Below, piece by piece: positions 29,078-39,397 of a stretch of 64,000 bases of DNA (position 1 is the stretch's first letter; every line of letters begins with the position of its first letter). Under the pieces are notes generated by a model. That model did no database searches and was not told where the DNA came from. It worked only from the letters and a program-made list of their open reading frames with translations. The DNA is from Candidatus Kaelpia aquatica (GTDB taxonomy: Bacteria; Omnitrophota; Gorgyraeia; Kaelpiales; Kaelpiaceae), in NCBI GenBank assembly GCA_030765335.1, contig JAVCCU010000030.1, forward strand, positions 5,324-69,323, in the 5' to 3' direction. A program made the position numbers and the translations under genes.

Positions 29078-30016
29078 TCCGCTAGAATAAATAACATTGC
29101 TTATACTGCCAGACTTAACGATTAAATGACCGTATCGATCTATTCCCTTAGATTTACCAGATATCTTTTTATTATCCTGAATAATACTAATACTCTTTCC
29201 GTAATCCAAAGAATGGCTCTTCCAGATAGACTTAATCTTGCTAAAATCTTTATTCTCAATCAATTCTATAAGACTATTTAACTCACTAATTATTGAAATT
29301 AAAATACTCAACCTATCTAACTTATCTTTCTTTAAGATAGAGGAGATTGAAGATAAATTTGATAACTTTGACTTAGAATTGATATCCACCCCTATTCCTA
29401 AAATTAGTTTATCAATTAAATCAATCTCTGCAACAAATTCGATCAATACCCCTGCTACTTTCTTATTACCTATTAAAACATCATTAGGCCATTTAACCTT
29501 TGCGCCAATCTTAAACAGTCTATTTAAAGCTCTAGCAACAGATAGCACCCCTATAATATTAAATATTGGAAGATAATAATACGGCAACTTAGGCGAGATT
29601 GTAAGAGAGAATAAAATATCTTTGTATTTCTGAGATTTCCATTCTTTTCCATTCCTACCCCTTCCTCTCTTCTGCTGCTCCGCAATAATCAAAGAACCTT
29701 CTTTAAGTATTCTCTTGGCAGCATTGTTAGTAGAATCAGTCTCATCAAAATAGATAACCTCTTTTACGAAACTATTCTTGGGAAGTCTTAATTGGACTAC
29801 CTCTGGAAGCAATCTGTTTCCAAAATCAATAAAGCTATAGCCCTTATTAGAGCGGGTCTCTATCTTAACACCGTTGTTTTTCAGATAGTTGATATGCTTC
29901 CAGACCGCAATCCTACTTATATTGCAGCTATCTGCAATACTCTGACCTGATACAAAGTCAGATTGACTCAGAATCTTTAAAATTTTAACCCTCTGTTTTA
30001 TGCCTTTTTTCTGCAT
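29060..30016 (-). CDS. birA: Bifunctional biotin ligase/repressor BirA with N-terminal HTH
   Basis: VSGQSIADSCNISRIAVWKHI, DSTNN, GRGRNG, KWPND, KVAGVL. Confidence 0.95.
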   Translation of the reverse strand: MQKKGIKQRVKILKILSQSDFVSGQSIADSCNISRIAVWKHINYLKNNGVKIETRSNKGYSFIDFGNRLLPEVVQLRLPKNSFVKEVIYFDETDSTNNAAKRILKEGSLIIAEQQKRGRGRNGKEWKSQKYKDILFSLTISPKLPYYYLPIFNIIGVLSVARALNRLFKIGAKVKWPNDVLIGNKKVAGVLIEFVAEIDLIDKLILGIGVDINSKSKLSNLSSISSILKKDKLDRLSILISIISELNSLIELIENKDFSKIKSIWKSHSLDYGKSISIIQDNKKISGKSKGIDRYGHLIVKSGSISNVIYSSGSRNFL

Positions 30017-30669
30017 ACCTTAACACATATTCCACAGATATGTTGACCTACAAAGTTTTTCTTTCTAAACTGATCCAATTTATTATAACAAGATAAGTGA
30101 TTAAAATCTCCTGGATCTTCAGCTATTGCACTAACAGGGCAAGCTGCAACGCATAGCTTGCAATCTCCGCAGCCAAATTTTAAAGGTTCTTTAAAAGGCA
30201 GTTTGATGCTGGTTAAAACAGTAGCAAATCTCAATTGAGAACCAAACTCAGGGTGAACCAAAAGGTTATTTCTGCCTACCCAGCCTAATCCTGCTAGATA
30301 GGCTATCTTTCTATGTGATAGATAAGAAGACTGCTTCTTCCAGTCAACAATCTGTGAAGCCGGTATAGCTAGAGCTCTAAAACCATCTTTTTCGATTATT
30401 CTAACAGCCTTTAAAGAGAGCTGGTCTAAAAACATATTAACCATCCTATAGTGATGAAAGTACAGTTTCGTAGGATGCTCAATGATTCCATCTAAAACTG
30501 AATCAGATAATTTAAAACCAAAACTGATAGCATAATCCAAACCCTCTAACTCTTTTTGGCTTAAATCAAATGCAGGCTTTATCTCTTTAATGGGAGCTGT
30601 TCCAAAGACAGCTGCTCCTTCTCCTAAGACAAACTCTTCTAATTTACTAGCTAACTCTTTTTCTTTCAT
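29998..30669 (-). CDS. QueG-like 4Fe-4S protein (epoxyqueuosine reductase family)
   Basis: [47 protein letters not shown]. Confidence 0.75.
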   Translation of the reverse strand: MKEKELASKLEEFVLGEGAAVFGTAPIKEIKPAFDLSQKELEGLDYAISFGFKLSDSVLDGIIEHPTKLYFHHYRMVNMFLDQLSLKAVRIIEKDGFRALAIPASQIVDWKKQSSYLSHRKIAYLAGLGWVGRNNLLVHPEFGSQLRFATVLTSIKLPFKEPLKFGCGDCKLCVAACPVSAIAEDPGDFNHLSCYNKLDQFRKKNFVGQHICGICVKVCRKKA

Positions 30670-32534
30670 AATTTATTTCTCTTTAAATAGATCATAATAT
30701 GGGCGATTGCCGCTGGTGTAATACCCGAAATACGCGATGCCTGCCCTAAATTAAAGGGTTTAAGATTATTCAACTTCTCTCTAACCTCTAACGACAACTC
30801 AGACATATTATTATAATCTAAATCAAATGAAAGCTTTATATTTTCAATCTTCCTGAAATCCTCAACCTGTTTAAACTGCCTCTTAATATAGCCTTCATAT
30901 TTTAGCTCTATCTCTATTTGATTTAAAACATTATCACAAAATTCAACAATCTTATCATCTAACAACTTAAGGTGACTAAATTTAACTTCAGACCTTTTAA
31001 GTAAACTTGTAAAGCTTAAGGATTGAATTGAATCAGGCTGATCTAATTCAGGCAACATCTCTTTTAATGTCTGAGGTTTTATTTTATGATTATTTAAATA
31101 GCTCCGCGCTTTTATTATCTTATCTCTAAAATCTAAGACATCTCCATACCTATCCTCAGTAATCAAGCCTAATTTATAACCAAATTCACTTAACCTTAAA
31201 ACAGCATTATCTTCTCTTAATAATAACCTGAATTCAACCCGGGAAGTCATCATTCTAAAGGGTTCATTTGTACCCTTAGTAACAAGCTCATCGATTAAAA
31301 CCCCGATATAGGCCTGAGATCTATCTAGAACAAAATCAGTCCCGCCTTTAACCTTTAAAGCCGCATTTACTCCTGCCATAAGCCCTTGAGCCGCCGCTTC
31401 TTCATAACCAGTAGTTCCATTAATCTGCCCAGCAAGGTAAAGATTTTTAATCAGCTTTGTCTCTAATGTTGGATACAGCTGAGTCGGATCTATGTAATCA
31501 TGTTCTATCCCGTATGCCGGCTTCGCAAACTCAGCCCTTTCTAAGCCTGGAATAGTTCTTACCATTTTAATCTGCAGATCTAGCGGTAAAGAATTTGAGA
31601 TTCCGTTAGGATAGTACTCATCCGTCTGAAGACCTTCAGGCTCCAAGAAGACCCGATGGCGCTCGTGATGCGGGAACTTGACTACCTTATCTTCAATAGA
31701 TGGGCAATACCTCACCCCTGTTGCTTGAATGCGGCCTGAATAGAGGGGAGACCTATCTAGATTATCCCTAATTATCTTATGAGTTGCCTCATTTGTATAA
31801 GTCAAAAAACAGTCAGCCTGTTCTAATTCTTTATTTTTAGTCCAGAATGAAAAAAATGGCACCGGGTAATCACCATGCTGAGCTTGCATTTTAGAAAAAT
31901 CTATTGAATCTTTGTAGATTCTTGCAGGTGTACCGGTCTTAAATCTTCCTATTTTAAAACCCAGTTCTTTGAGATTGTTAGAGAGCTCTGAGCTTGCCTC
32001 CTCACCCATCCTCCCCGAAAAATAATTATCCGATCCTATATGTATTAAACCATTTAAAAACGTTCCTGGAGTTAGAATCACAATTCTAGCCCTAAACTCA
32101 ACAAGGCCTTCCGTTAGAACGCCTTTAACGCTCTTATCTTTTACTATAAGACTCACTGCTTTAGCTTCTCTTATATCTAAATTATCCTGATCTTCAAGCA
32201 CTCTTCTCATGTAGAGGCTGTACTTCTCTTTATCTGCTTGAGCTCGAGAAGATTGAACTGCTGCACCTTTTGAAGAGTTTAAAATCCTAAACTGTATTCC
32301 AGCTTCATCTATGGCTCTTGCCATCTCACCGCCAAGGGCGTCAATCTCTTTGACAAGCTGCCCTTTGCCTACCCCTCCTATTGCAGGATTGCAAGACATC
32401 TGGGCAATATTTACTATACTCATAGTTAAAAGAAGTGTATTAGAACCCATGCGAGCAGATGCTAGCGCAGCCTCAATACCTGCATGGCCAGCGCCAACAA
32501 CAATAGTATCATAGGACTTTTGATGAGTTAACAT
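30666..32534 (-). CDS. mnmG: tRNA modification enzyme MnmG/GidA
   Basis: [47 protein letters not shown]. Confidence 0.98.
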   Translation of the reverse strand: MLTHQKSYDTIVVGAGHAGIEAALASARMGSNTLLLTMSIVNIAQMSCNPAIGGVGKGQLVKEIDALGGEMARAIDEAGIQFRILNSSKGAAVQSSRAQADKEKYSLYMRRVLEDQDNLDIREAKAVSLIVKDKSVKGVLTEGLVEFRARIVILTPGTFLNGLIHIGSDNYFSGRMGEEASSELSNNLKELGFKIGRFKTGTPARIYKDSIDFSKMQAQHGDYPVPFFSFWTKNKELEQADCFLTYTNEATHKIIRDNLDRSPLYSGRIQATGVRYCPSIEDKVVKFPHHERHRVFLEPEGLQTDEYYPNGISNSLPLDLQIKMVRTIPGLERAEFAKPAYGIEHDYIDPTQLYPTLETKLIKNLYLAGQINGTTGYEEAAAQGLMAGVNAALKVKGGTDFVLDRSQAYIGVLIDELVTKGTNEPFRMMTSRVEFRLLLREDNAVLRLSEFGYKLGLITEDRYGDVLDFRDKIIKARSYLNNHKIKPQTLKEMLPELDQPDSIQSLSFTSLLKRSEVKFSHLKLLDDKIVEFCDNVLNQIEIELKYEGYIKRQFKQVEDFRKIENIKLSFDLDYNNMSELSLEVREKLNNLKPFNLGQASRISGITPAAIAHIMIYLKRNKL

Positions 32535-32589
32535 AGTGAATAATATAATAGATTGAGGTAATATTTTCTATTAAATAATGGAAAATAAA

Positions 32590-33396
32590 CTAAAGTGCTA
32601 CTATAGATATAGAATTTTCGTCTGCCTCTTTGATCGAATCAGAGACATCAAAAAACAAGGTCTTATCAGCCTCAACAGCAAGAATAGATGCTTTAAGCTC
32701 TTTTAACAACTTTATAGTATCAAGCCCAACAACAGGAAGCTCAAATCTCATATCTTGATTAGGCCGTGCCACTTTTACAACAACAAAGCCCTCTCCTCCT
32801 AGCTTAGCCCCTCTTTTAATGGCCTCATTGGTTCCTTCAACAGCCTCTATTGCCAAAGCTACTCTATCTTTAACAATAACGGTTAAACCGACATCAAAAG
32901 AAGATACTGTTTTTGCTAAATCCCATCCAAAACGAATATCTTCCCATTCTTTATCTGTCGGAGACTTCTGCGTCAAACAACCCTTTTTAACAACATAGTC
33001 ATCTAAGAAAGTCCGGGCATCTAATAGATCGATGCCGACTTTCTTCAATTCCCCAGCTAAAATATCAAGTAGATTCATATCTGATTTATTAGCAAAACCT
33101 TTCATCATGGCAAAAACTCGAGGACCAAGTTTTAAGTGCTTTAATAGATCCTCCTTTTTGACATTGCCTGCCATAATAGCAGATGAGATTTCATGTTTTT
33201 TGAAAAAATCTACTAAGGGCTGGAACTGACCAAGCTCTATCCAGATTAATTCCTCTACCTCTCTCTCAAGCTCAGACAATGTTAAACCCTTAATAGCAAC
33301 AGCATAAACTTGAACTCCCTTCAGCTTGGCCTGTTTAGCCGCTAAGAGAGGATATCCCGTGCCTCCTGCTATAAGACCAATTCTTTCTATCTGCAT
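32590..33396 (-). CDS. lpxI: UDP-2,3-diacylglucosamine hydrolase LpxI
   Basis: GLIAG, AIEAVEGT, QDMRFELPVVG; follows lpxA. Confidence 0.9.
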   Translation of the reverse strand: MQIERIGLIAGGTGYPLLAAKQAKLKGVQVYAVAIKGLTLSELEREVEELIWIELGQFQPLVDFFKKHEISSAIMAGNVKKEDLLKHLKLGPRVFAMMKGFANKSDMNLLDILAGELKKVGIDLLDARTFLDDYVVKKGCLTQKSPTDKEWEDIRFGWDLAKTVSSFDVGLTVIVKDRVALAIEAVEGTNEAIKRGAKLGGEGFVVVKVARPNQDMRFELPVVGLDTIKLLKELKASILAVEADKTLFFDVSDSIKEADENSISIVAL

Positions 33397-34151
33397 ATAC
33401 CTCTTTTTGATTTAGCCATAAAATTAAGCAGAGAATCTATCTCTTTGTTTTTATACTCTTTAGAAACAATCTCCATAGCATTCGACAGGGGGTGCTTAGA
33501 TAGAAATAGAACTTTAAAAGCCTTTTTTAAAATCATCCGATCCTCAGCGCTGTACCCTGCCCTTTTAAGACCTTCAAGATTTAAACCTCTGACTTTAGCA
33601 GGATGACCGTCACACATAGAGAAAGGCGGTATATCTTGAGTAACCTTAGAACCTCCCCCTATGATTGCTAATCTTCCCACTTTGACAAACTGATGTATTG
33701 CAGCAAGACCACCCAATATTGCGCCGTCTTCTATCTCAACATGTCCCGCTAGAGTCCCGACATTAGCTATAATAACATTGTTTCCTACTATGCAATCATG
33801 TGCAATATGTGCATAAGCCATAATTAGATTATTATTGCCTATCTCAGTCCTGCCTCCTTCGCCAGTCCCAGGGTTCATAGTTGTAAACTCTCTTATTTTA
33901 TTTCCATCTCCAATGATGAGGTAACTCTTCTCACCCTTGTATTTTAAATCCTGAGGAATGCTTCCTAAGACAGCATTAGAGAAGATGCTATTATTTTTCC
34001 CAATCTTTGTATAGCCTGAAATAGTGCAAAAAGATGCTATCTTTGTACCTGACGCTATCTCAACGTCACCACCGATAACGGTATAAGGACCTATCTCAAC
34101 ATCAGAAGCTATTTTTGATCCGCTATTGATAATTACGGTGGGATGAATCAT
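33387..34151 (-). CDS. lpxA: UDP-GlcNAc O-acyltransferase
   Basis: Hexapeptide repeats, PQDLKY, HIAHDC, LAGHV, HQF. Confidence 0.96.
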   Translation of the reverse strand: MIHPTVIINSGSKIASDVEIGPYTVIGGDVEIASGTKIASFCTISGYTKIGKNNSIFSNAVLGSIPQDLKYKGEKSYLIIGDGNKIREFTTMNPGTGEGGRTEIGNNNLIMAYAHIAHDCIVGNNVIIANVGTLAGHVEIEDGAILGGLAAIHQFVKVGRLAIIGGGSKVTQDIPPFSMCDGHPAKVRGLNLEGLKRAGYSAEDRMILKKAFKVLFLSKHPLSNAMEIVSKEYKNKEIDSLLNFMAKSKRGICR

Positions 34152-34156
34152 TTTTA

Positions 34157-35473
34157 CTATTTTTCAATTAAAGCAAAGAGTAGCGATGCTTCGGCTACGA
34201 CCTTGCCGTCAACCAGCGCTCTTGTATGCATCTCACCAGTCTTTGTCCTTAATCGACCAACTTCGGCTTCGAGATACAATTGGTCTCCAGGAAGAACTGG
34301 CTTTCTAAATCTGACCTTATCAACACCCATAAAGAAAGCGAGTTTTCCTCTATGCTGCTTCTGGATTAACATTAATATGCCTGAAACCTGAGCCATTGCC
34401 TCAACTATTAATACCCCCGGCATAACCGGCCGCCCCGGGAAATGACCTTTAAAGAAATACTCGTCTAAAGCTAATTTTTTAATCCCTACAGCGCGCTTGC
34501 CATCTTCCATCTCTATAATGCTATCTACAAAAAGAAAAGGATCTCTATGAGGAAGTATCTGTTTGATCTCTTCCACTCCTAAGGGCAGCTCAAACTCTTC
34601 TAATCCACCTCTATGTATCCCGGCCTGCTGAAACCTTTTGGTCTGCTGCTCTATTCTTCTAACCATCCTTATATTCAAAGGATGACCGCTCTTTATCCCT
34701 ACTATATTAGCCTCCAACTTACAACCTATAAGATAAAGATCCCCTATTAAATCTAAAACTTTATGCCTTGCAGGCTCATCGTCTATTCTATATTGATTTT
34801 CTATAACACCTGAATCAGTTATAACTAGCGTATTATTATAATTAGCACCCTTACCTAAACCCATCTTGGTTAATTTTTCAGCCTCTTCCTCTAAGCAGAA
34901 TGTTCTACTAGGAGCAATTTCATCTTTAAATGTCGCCTCATCTAAAACATGTCTTATATATTGAGCCCTAAGCTGAGGATGATCATAATTCAAAAGATAA
35001 GAAATATTTAAATTATTACTAGGGAAAGCCATTAGAGAGGCTTCTCCATCTTCAACTAAGATAGGTTCTTTAAGCTGATAAGTCTTTCTTGCTGCATCTT
35101 GTTCAACTATGCCTGCATTTTTTATCTTTTCAATAAAAGGCAGAGCGCTTCCATCTAAACCTGGGACCTCAGCGCCGTCTATCTCAATCAAAACATTGTC
35201 TATCTTACAGGCCGCCAAAGAAGCCATGAGGTGTTCTATTGTATGGATCTCTATATTATCAATACCAATAGATGTACGTCTAAGACTTAAAGTCAACTCT
35301 AGAACATAGGAGATGTGAGCAGGTATCGGAGGAGAGCCTTCTATATCTACTCTTCTAAAAATTATTCCGCTATCAGCATCTCCGGGCTTGATTTTAAGAT
35401 TAACTTTTTCATTTGTATGAAGACCTACCCCTGAGATCGCTACTTCCTTTGAAATAGTATGCTGATGCTCCAC
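34157..35473 (-). CDS. lpxC: Bifunctional LpxC/FabZ
   Basis: GVGLH, TIEHLMA, DGSA, HKVLDLIGD then LPHRDPFL, FKGHFPGRPVMPGVLIVEAMAQ. Confidence 0.95.
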   Translation of the reverse strand: MEHQHTISKEVAISGVGLHTNEKVNLKIKPGDADSGIIFRRVDIEGSPPIPAHISYVLELTLSLRRTSIGIDNIEIHTIEHLMASLAACKIDNVLIEIDGAEVPGLDGSALPFIEKIKNAGIVEQDAARKTYQLKEPILVEDGEASLMAFPSNNLNISYLLNYDHPQLRAQYIRHVLDEATFKDEIAPSRTFCLEEEAEKLTKMGLGKGANYNNTLVITDSGVIENQYRIDDEPARHKVLDLIGDLYLIGCKLEANIVGIKSGHPLNIRMVRRIEQQTKRFQQAGIHRGGLEEFELPLGVEEIKQILPHRDPFLFVDSIIEMEDGKRAVGIKKLALDEYFFKGHFPGRPVMPGVLIVEAMAQVSGILMLIQKQHRGKLAFFMGVDKVRFRKPVLPGDQLYLEAEVGRLRTKTGEMHTRALVDGKVVAEASLLFALIEK

Positions 35474-35474
35474 T

Positions 35475-36569
35475 TTAAGACGCCTTTGCCCGTAGTTTCT
35501 CTAGTTCAGCTTCTAAATCCTCGATCTTTTTCTGAAGACACTTGATATACTTATAGAACTCTGGCAACCTCTGCACACAAGCATTGATTCTCTTTGCTGT
35601 GCTATGAGGCCTAGCAGGATAACCCGACACTACTTCGCCTTCTGGAACTGATTTTGTAACTCCAGCCTGAGCTGCCACGCGCGCATTATCACCTATACTG
35701 ATATGGCCAACAACTCCAGACTGCCCCGCCAATATAACACCTTTACCTATATTAGTACTGCCAGATATTCCAGACTGAGCCACGATGATAGAATTTTCGC
35801 CTATCTCAACATTGTGGGCAATCTGAACAAGGTTATCAATCTTTGTTCCCCTTTTTATATGAGTTTTTCCAAAACGAGCTCTATCAATAGTAACATTTGC
35901 TCCTATCTCAACATCATCCTCTATAAATACAGTGCCTATTTGCGGAATTTTATAATGGACATCTTTGACTGTAGCATAACCAAAGCCGTCACTGCCTATT
36001 ACTGTACCAGAGTGTATTATAACATTATTGCCTATGGTCACTCGCTCTCTTATAGCAACATGAGAATGTATCACACAGCTTGACCCTATCTTACTGCGGA
36101 TCCCTATATACACACCTGCTTGTAAAACAGTATTATCTCCGATAGAAGCACCGTCTGATACCACTACATAAGGCCAGATAGAGACGTCTTTACCCAGCTT
36201 TACATCTTTACCGATTATTGCAGTAGGATGAACTCCTGGCTCCATACTGCCTTCATCAGGAGCAAAACTAGAAACCAACTTGGCAAAAGCAAGGGAGGGA
36301 TTTTCCGTCTTTATTATAGGCTTATCCGTATCTTCAACAGCTTGCAGCGAAGTAATAACGGCAGACGCTTTAGTTGTATTTATAAGCGAAATGTATTTAG
36401 GGTTGGCTACAAACGTAATGTCGCCTTCTTGAGCCTCCTTGATTCCAGATAGACCCTTAATAACAACGCTATCATCGCCTACAACTTCACCGCCTATAAG
36501 CTTAGCTATGCGTGCCAGTGTTAAATCCAGACGAGGACGAAAACCATTCTCATCATAACCTAAATCCAT
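35475..36569 (-). CDS. lpxD: UDP-3-O-acylglucosamine N-acyltransferase
   Basis: IGSDGFGY, IPQIG, TKIDNLVQIAHN. Confidence 0.96.
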   Translation of the reverse strand: MDLGYDENGFRPRLDLTLARIAKLIGGEVVGDDSVVIKGLSGIKEAQEGDITFVANPKYISLINTTKASAVITSLQAVEDTDKPIIKTENPSLAFAKLVSSFAPDEGSMEPGVHPTAIIGKDVKLGKDVSIWPYVVVSDGASIGDNTVLQAGVYIGIRSKIGSSCVIHSHVAIRERVTIGNNVIIHSGTVIGSDGFGYATVKDVHYKIPQIGTVFIEDDVEIGANVTIDRARFGKTHIKRGTKIDNLVQIAHNVEIGENSIIVAQSGISGSTNIGKGVILAGQSGVVGHISIGDNARVAAQAGVTKSVPEGEVVSGYPARPHSTAKRINACVQRLPEFYKYIKCLQKKIEDLEAELEKLRAKAS

Positions 36570-36602
36570 CTTGGCTTATCTCCCTTATATTAGACTTAGT
36601 AA

Positions 36603-37097
36603 TTACTTATATTGTTTGTTTAAATATTCTATCAGTTCTTTAGTGACATCTAAATCATTATTTTTATAAAGAAGGGCTCTGGAGTTAAACATTATAGTAT
36701 ATTTTTTTGACTTACTGTAATCTTCAACAACCTCATTTATCTCCTGAAGTATTCCTTCTATTATCTCATTTCTCTGACGCATTAGATCTGTTCTTACCTG
36801 ACGGTCAAACTGTCTCAACTCCTCCATCTTCTGATCTAATTCAACTTTGACCTTTTCCTTCTCTTTATCTGAAAGTAAATCCATCTTCTCTTTTAATCTA
36901 TCTACCTCTTTTAACTTGGAGTCTATATCTTTCTGCTTCTCTTCACCTATCTTTGTAAGCTTTGCTTCTTCATCTTTTGTTTTTTGATACTCATTGAAAA
37001 CCTGCTCTAAGTCTACACAAGCAAACTTATCAGCAGCTTCAGCAAAACCAGAGATAAGAACAGCTACTATTAGCAGTGCAAAAAACATTCTCTTCAT
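36603..37097 (-). CDS. skp: OmpH/Skp chaperone
   Basis: Signal peptide, coiled coil, between bamA and lpxD. Confidence 0.88.
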   Translation of the reverse strand: MKRMFFALLIVAVLISGFAEAADKFACVDLEQVFNEYQKTKDEEAKLTKIGEEKQKDIDSKLKEVDRLKEKMDLLSDKEKEKVKVELDQKMEELRQFDRQVRTDLMRQRNEIIEGILQEINEVVEDYSKSKKYTIMFNSRALLYKNNDLDVTKELIEYLNKQYK

Positions 37098-37111
37098 ATC
37101 GCTTTCTCCTT

Positions 37112-39397
37112 TTAAAATTTATGTCCCATGCTAAAATGGACTTTTCCGCCATCAGAATCATTTTCATCCGAATCCAAAGGAAAACCATAATCCAATTTTA
37201 TAGGCCCAATGGGGGTGTTCAATCTTAGACCGCAACCAACTGAAGATTTATACCCACCCGAGGCAAAATCATCCTTCTTCTCCCAGACATTACCAATATC
37301 GTAAAAGAAAGCACCTTTTATATTTTCATAAATAGGAACAGTGAGCTCAACGTTGCCTATCAAAAGTGCTTCGCCTCCAACAGGATCACTTGTCTTCACC
37401 GTATCCTTAGGCCCTACGCTTCTCTCATCATACCCTCTGATGCTATAAGCCCCTCCTGCAAATAATCTCTCATAGAGAGGCACAGAAGACGTATCACCAT
37501 AGGTATCTATTATACCAGAGTTAAGCCTGAAGTTTAAAACCCATTTTTCACGTATTAAATAAAAATAACTAAGCTGATTTGACTGACGCAAGAAATCTAC
37601 ATCTCCGCTCATAAAACCACCTGCATTCTCAAGGCTGCTGCTAAAGTAATACCCTTCTGCAGGGTCAAAAATATTGTCCCTTCTATCTCTAGCAAAAGTA
37701 AGCTTGATTGCATAGATACTCTTCTCTCCTGCTTCAGCCGTAAGAGCGCTTGAAACATCTGTAGCAACATTAGATATATCAACCTTATCAAATCGCATTC
37801 TTAAGAAGAGGCTATTATGCTCTGATATCTCTTTGCCTAATCTAAAAGATAGACCCTGCCGCTCTTCATCCCAATCATAACCGACATCGTTTTCCCGATC
37901 TCTTGAATGCTGGTAGATATCGAAACCAAAGAGATAGGGATAGCCAAGCATCCAAGGCTCTGTAAAGCTTAACTCATAGTCATTTCTGGTTGTACCCATT
38001 TCAGTGCGTAATGAAATCCTCTGGCCTCCCCCAATAAATGTTGGAAAATTAGATATGTCAAAATTTCTCTGACTCAATTCGACAAAACCTATAAACTCAT
38101 CAACGGAGCTATATCCAGCACCAAAGCTAAACTCGCCAGTCTTAGACTCTTTTACGCGCACCAATAAATCTTCTTTATTCTCTTCATCGGCTGGTAAAAT
38201 GTCAAAATCTATCTCTTCAAAATAACCCAAATTTTCAAGCCTCTGCCTAGATCTTTTTATCTTGCTGCCATCAAATTTTTCACCCGGATACATCCTTAAC
38301 TCTCTCCGTATCACAACATCTTTAGTCTTAACATTACCCTTTATATCTATTCTATCTAAATAATGTATCTCGTTCTCTACTACAGAATATTTTATATCTA
38401 CAAGCCCGGTCTCTGAGTTAATAACTGGAACTGTTTCAATCTGAGCCCTTATATAGCCTTTATCAAAATAAAAATCCTGCAATCCCTGAGTGTCAAACTT
38501 CAAAGAATCATAACTAAACACGCTATCTCTATCGAGCTTTAGAGCACTTTTAATCTCGCTTAAAGGAAAGACCTTATTGCCCTCTAAGGATACATCTCCA
38601 ACTTGATACTGTTTTCCTTCATCAACATTTATGGTCAAAATCATCCTTCTTTTTTTGTCAAAACTCGAATCATCGCTTATCTCTACATCAAGATATCCGT
38701 CTCTTTTATAAAAATCCTCTATTCTAGATAAATCTTCCTTGAAAACCTCTTCCTTATAAGCACCTGATCTAAACCAGGTTTTTGTTCTTGTCTTTAGGAG
38801 CTTAAGAACTCTCTTCTTTTTGAAAGCCTTCACTCCAGCCAATTCAATCTTTCTTATTTTTACTCTTTCCCCTTCATCGATATTAATTACCACTGTAGTC
38901 TTATCATTGCTCGGATCAATCTCTAAATCATAATCTATAGCTACTTTTGCAAAACCTCTCTCTTGATACTTTAGTTTAATCTCCTCCATATCTGTCTTCA
39001 ATTGCCATTTGTCAAAAAACTGCCCCTTTGCAGTTTTAACCAATTTCTCCAGCTTATCATCCCTTAAAACACGATTACCCTTAAAAATAACCCCGTCAAC
39101 ATACGGTGATTCTTTCACATAAAATATAATAACAATACCATCGGTCTCCTCTTTAGCATCGACAGCAACATCGGTAAAAAACCCTGTGGCATAAAGCCGT
39201 TTTATATCTTCATCTATCATCTGCTGAGAGAAAATCTGATCAGGTCTAACTTTGATTTTAGCCACTATAGCAGATTCACTAACGTTTTTGTTTCCAGCAA
39301 TCTGAAGATCTAAGATCTTGGGCATATCCTGAGCCCAAGATGTAGAAATTAAAAATAAAAACGATAAAAAAGATGGAATAAGTTTTGTCACTTTCAA
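37112..39397 (-). CDS. bamA: Outer membrane protein assembly factor BamA
   Basis: POTRA repeats, KTKDVVIRRE, IRGY, GPIKLDYG, terminal Phe. Confidence 0.96.
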   Translation of the reverse strand: MKVTKLIPSFLSFLFLISTSWAQDMPKILDLQIAGNKNVSESAIVAKIKVRPDQIFSQQMIDEDIKRLYATGFFTDVAVDAKEETDGIVIIFYVKESPYVDGVIFKGNRVLRDDKLEKLVKTAKGQFFDKWQLKTDMEEIKLKYQERGFAKVAIDYDLEIDPSNDKTTVVINIDEGERVKIRKIELAGVKAFKKKRVLKLLKTRTKTWFRSGAYKEEVFKEDLSRIEDFYKRDGYLDVEISDDSSFDKKRRMILTINVDEGKQYQVGDVSLEGNKVFPLSEIKSALKLDRDSVFSYDSLKFDTQGLQDFYFDKGYIRAQIETVPVINSETGLVDIKYSVVENEIHYLDRIDIKGNVKTKDVVIRRELRMYPGEKFDGSKIKRSRQRLENLGYFEEIDFDILPADEENKEDLLVRVKESKTGEFSFGAGYSSVDEFIGFVELSQRNFDISNFPTFIGGGQRISLRTEMGTTRNDYELSFTEPWMLGYPYLFGFDIYQHSRDRENDVGYDWDEERQGLSFRLGKEISEHNSLFLRMRFDKVDISNVATDVSSALTAEAGEKSIYAIKLTFARDRRDNIFDPAEGYYFSSSLENAGGFMSGDVDFLRQSNQLSYFYLIREKWVLNFRLNSGIIDTYGDTSSVPLYERLFAGGAYSIRGYDERSVGPKDTVKTSDPVGGEALLIGNVELTVPIYENIKGAFFYDIGNVWEKKDDFASGGYKSSVGCGLRLNTPIGPIKLDYGFPLDSDENDSDGGKVHFSMGHKF

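Noticed and set aside
32535-32589. oriC next to mnmG/gidA
   Set aside because: The spacer is only 55 bp and contains no DnaA boxes.
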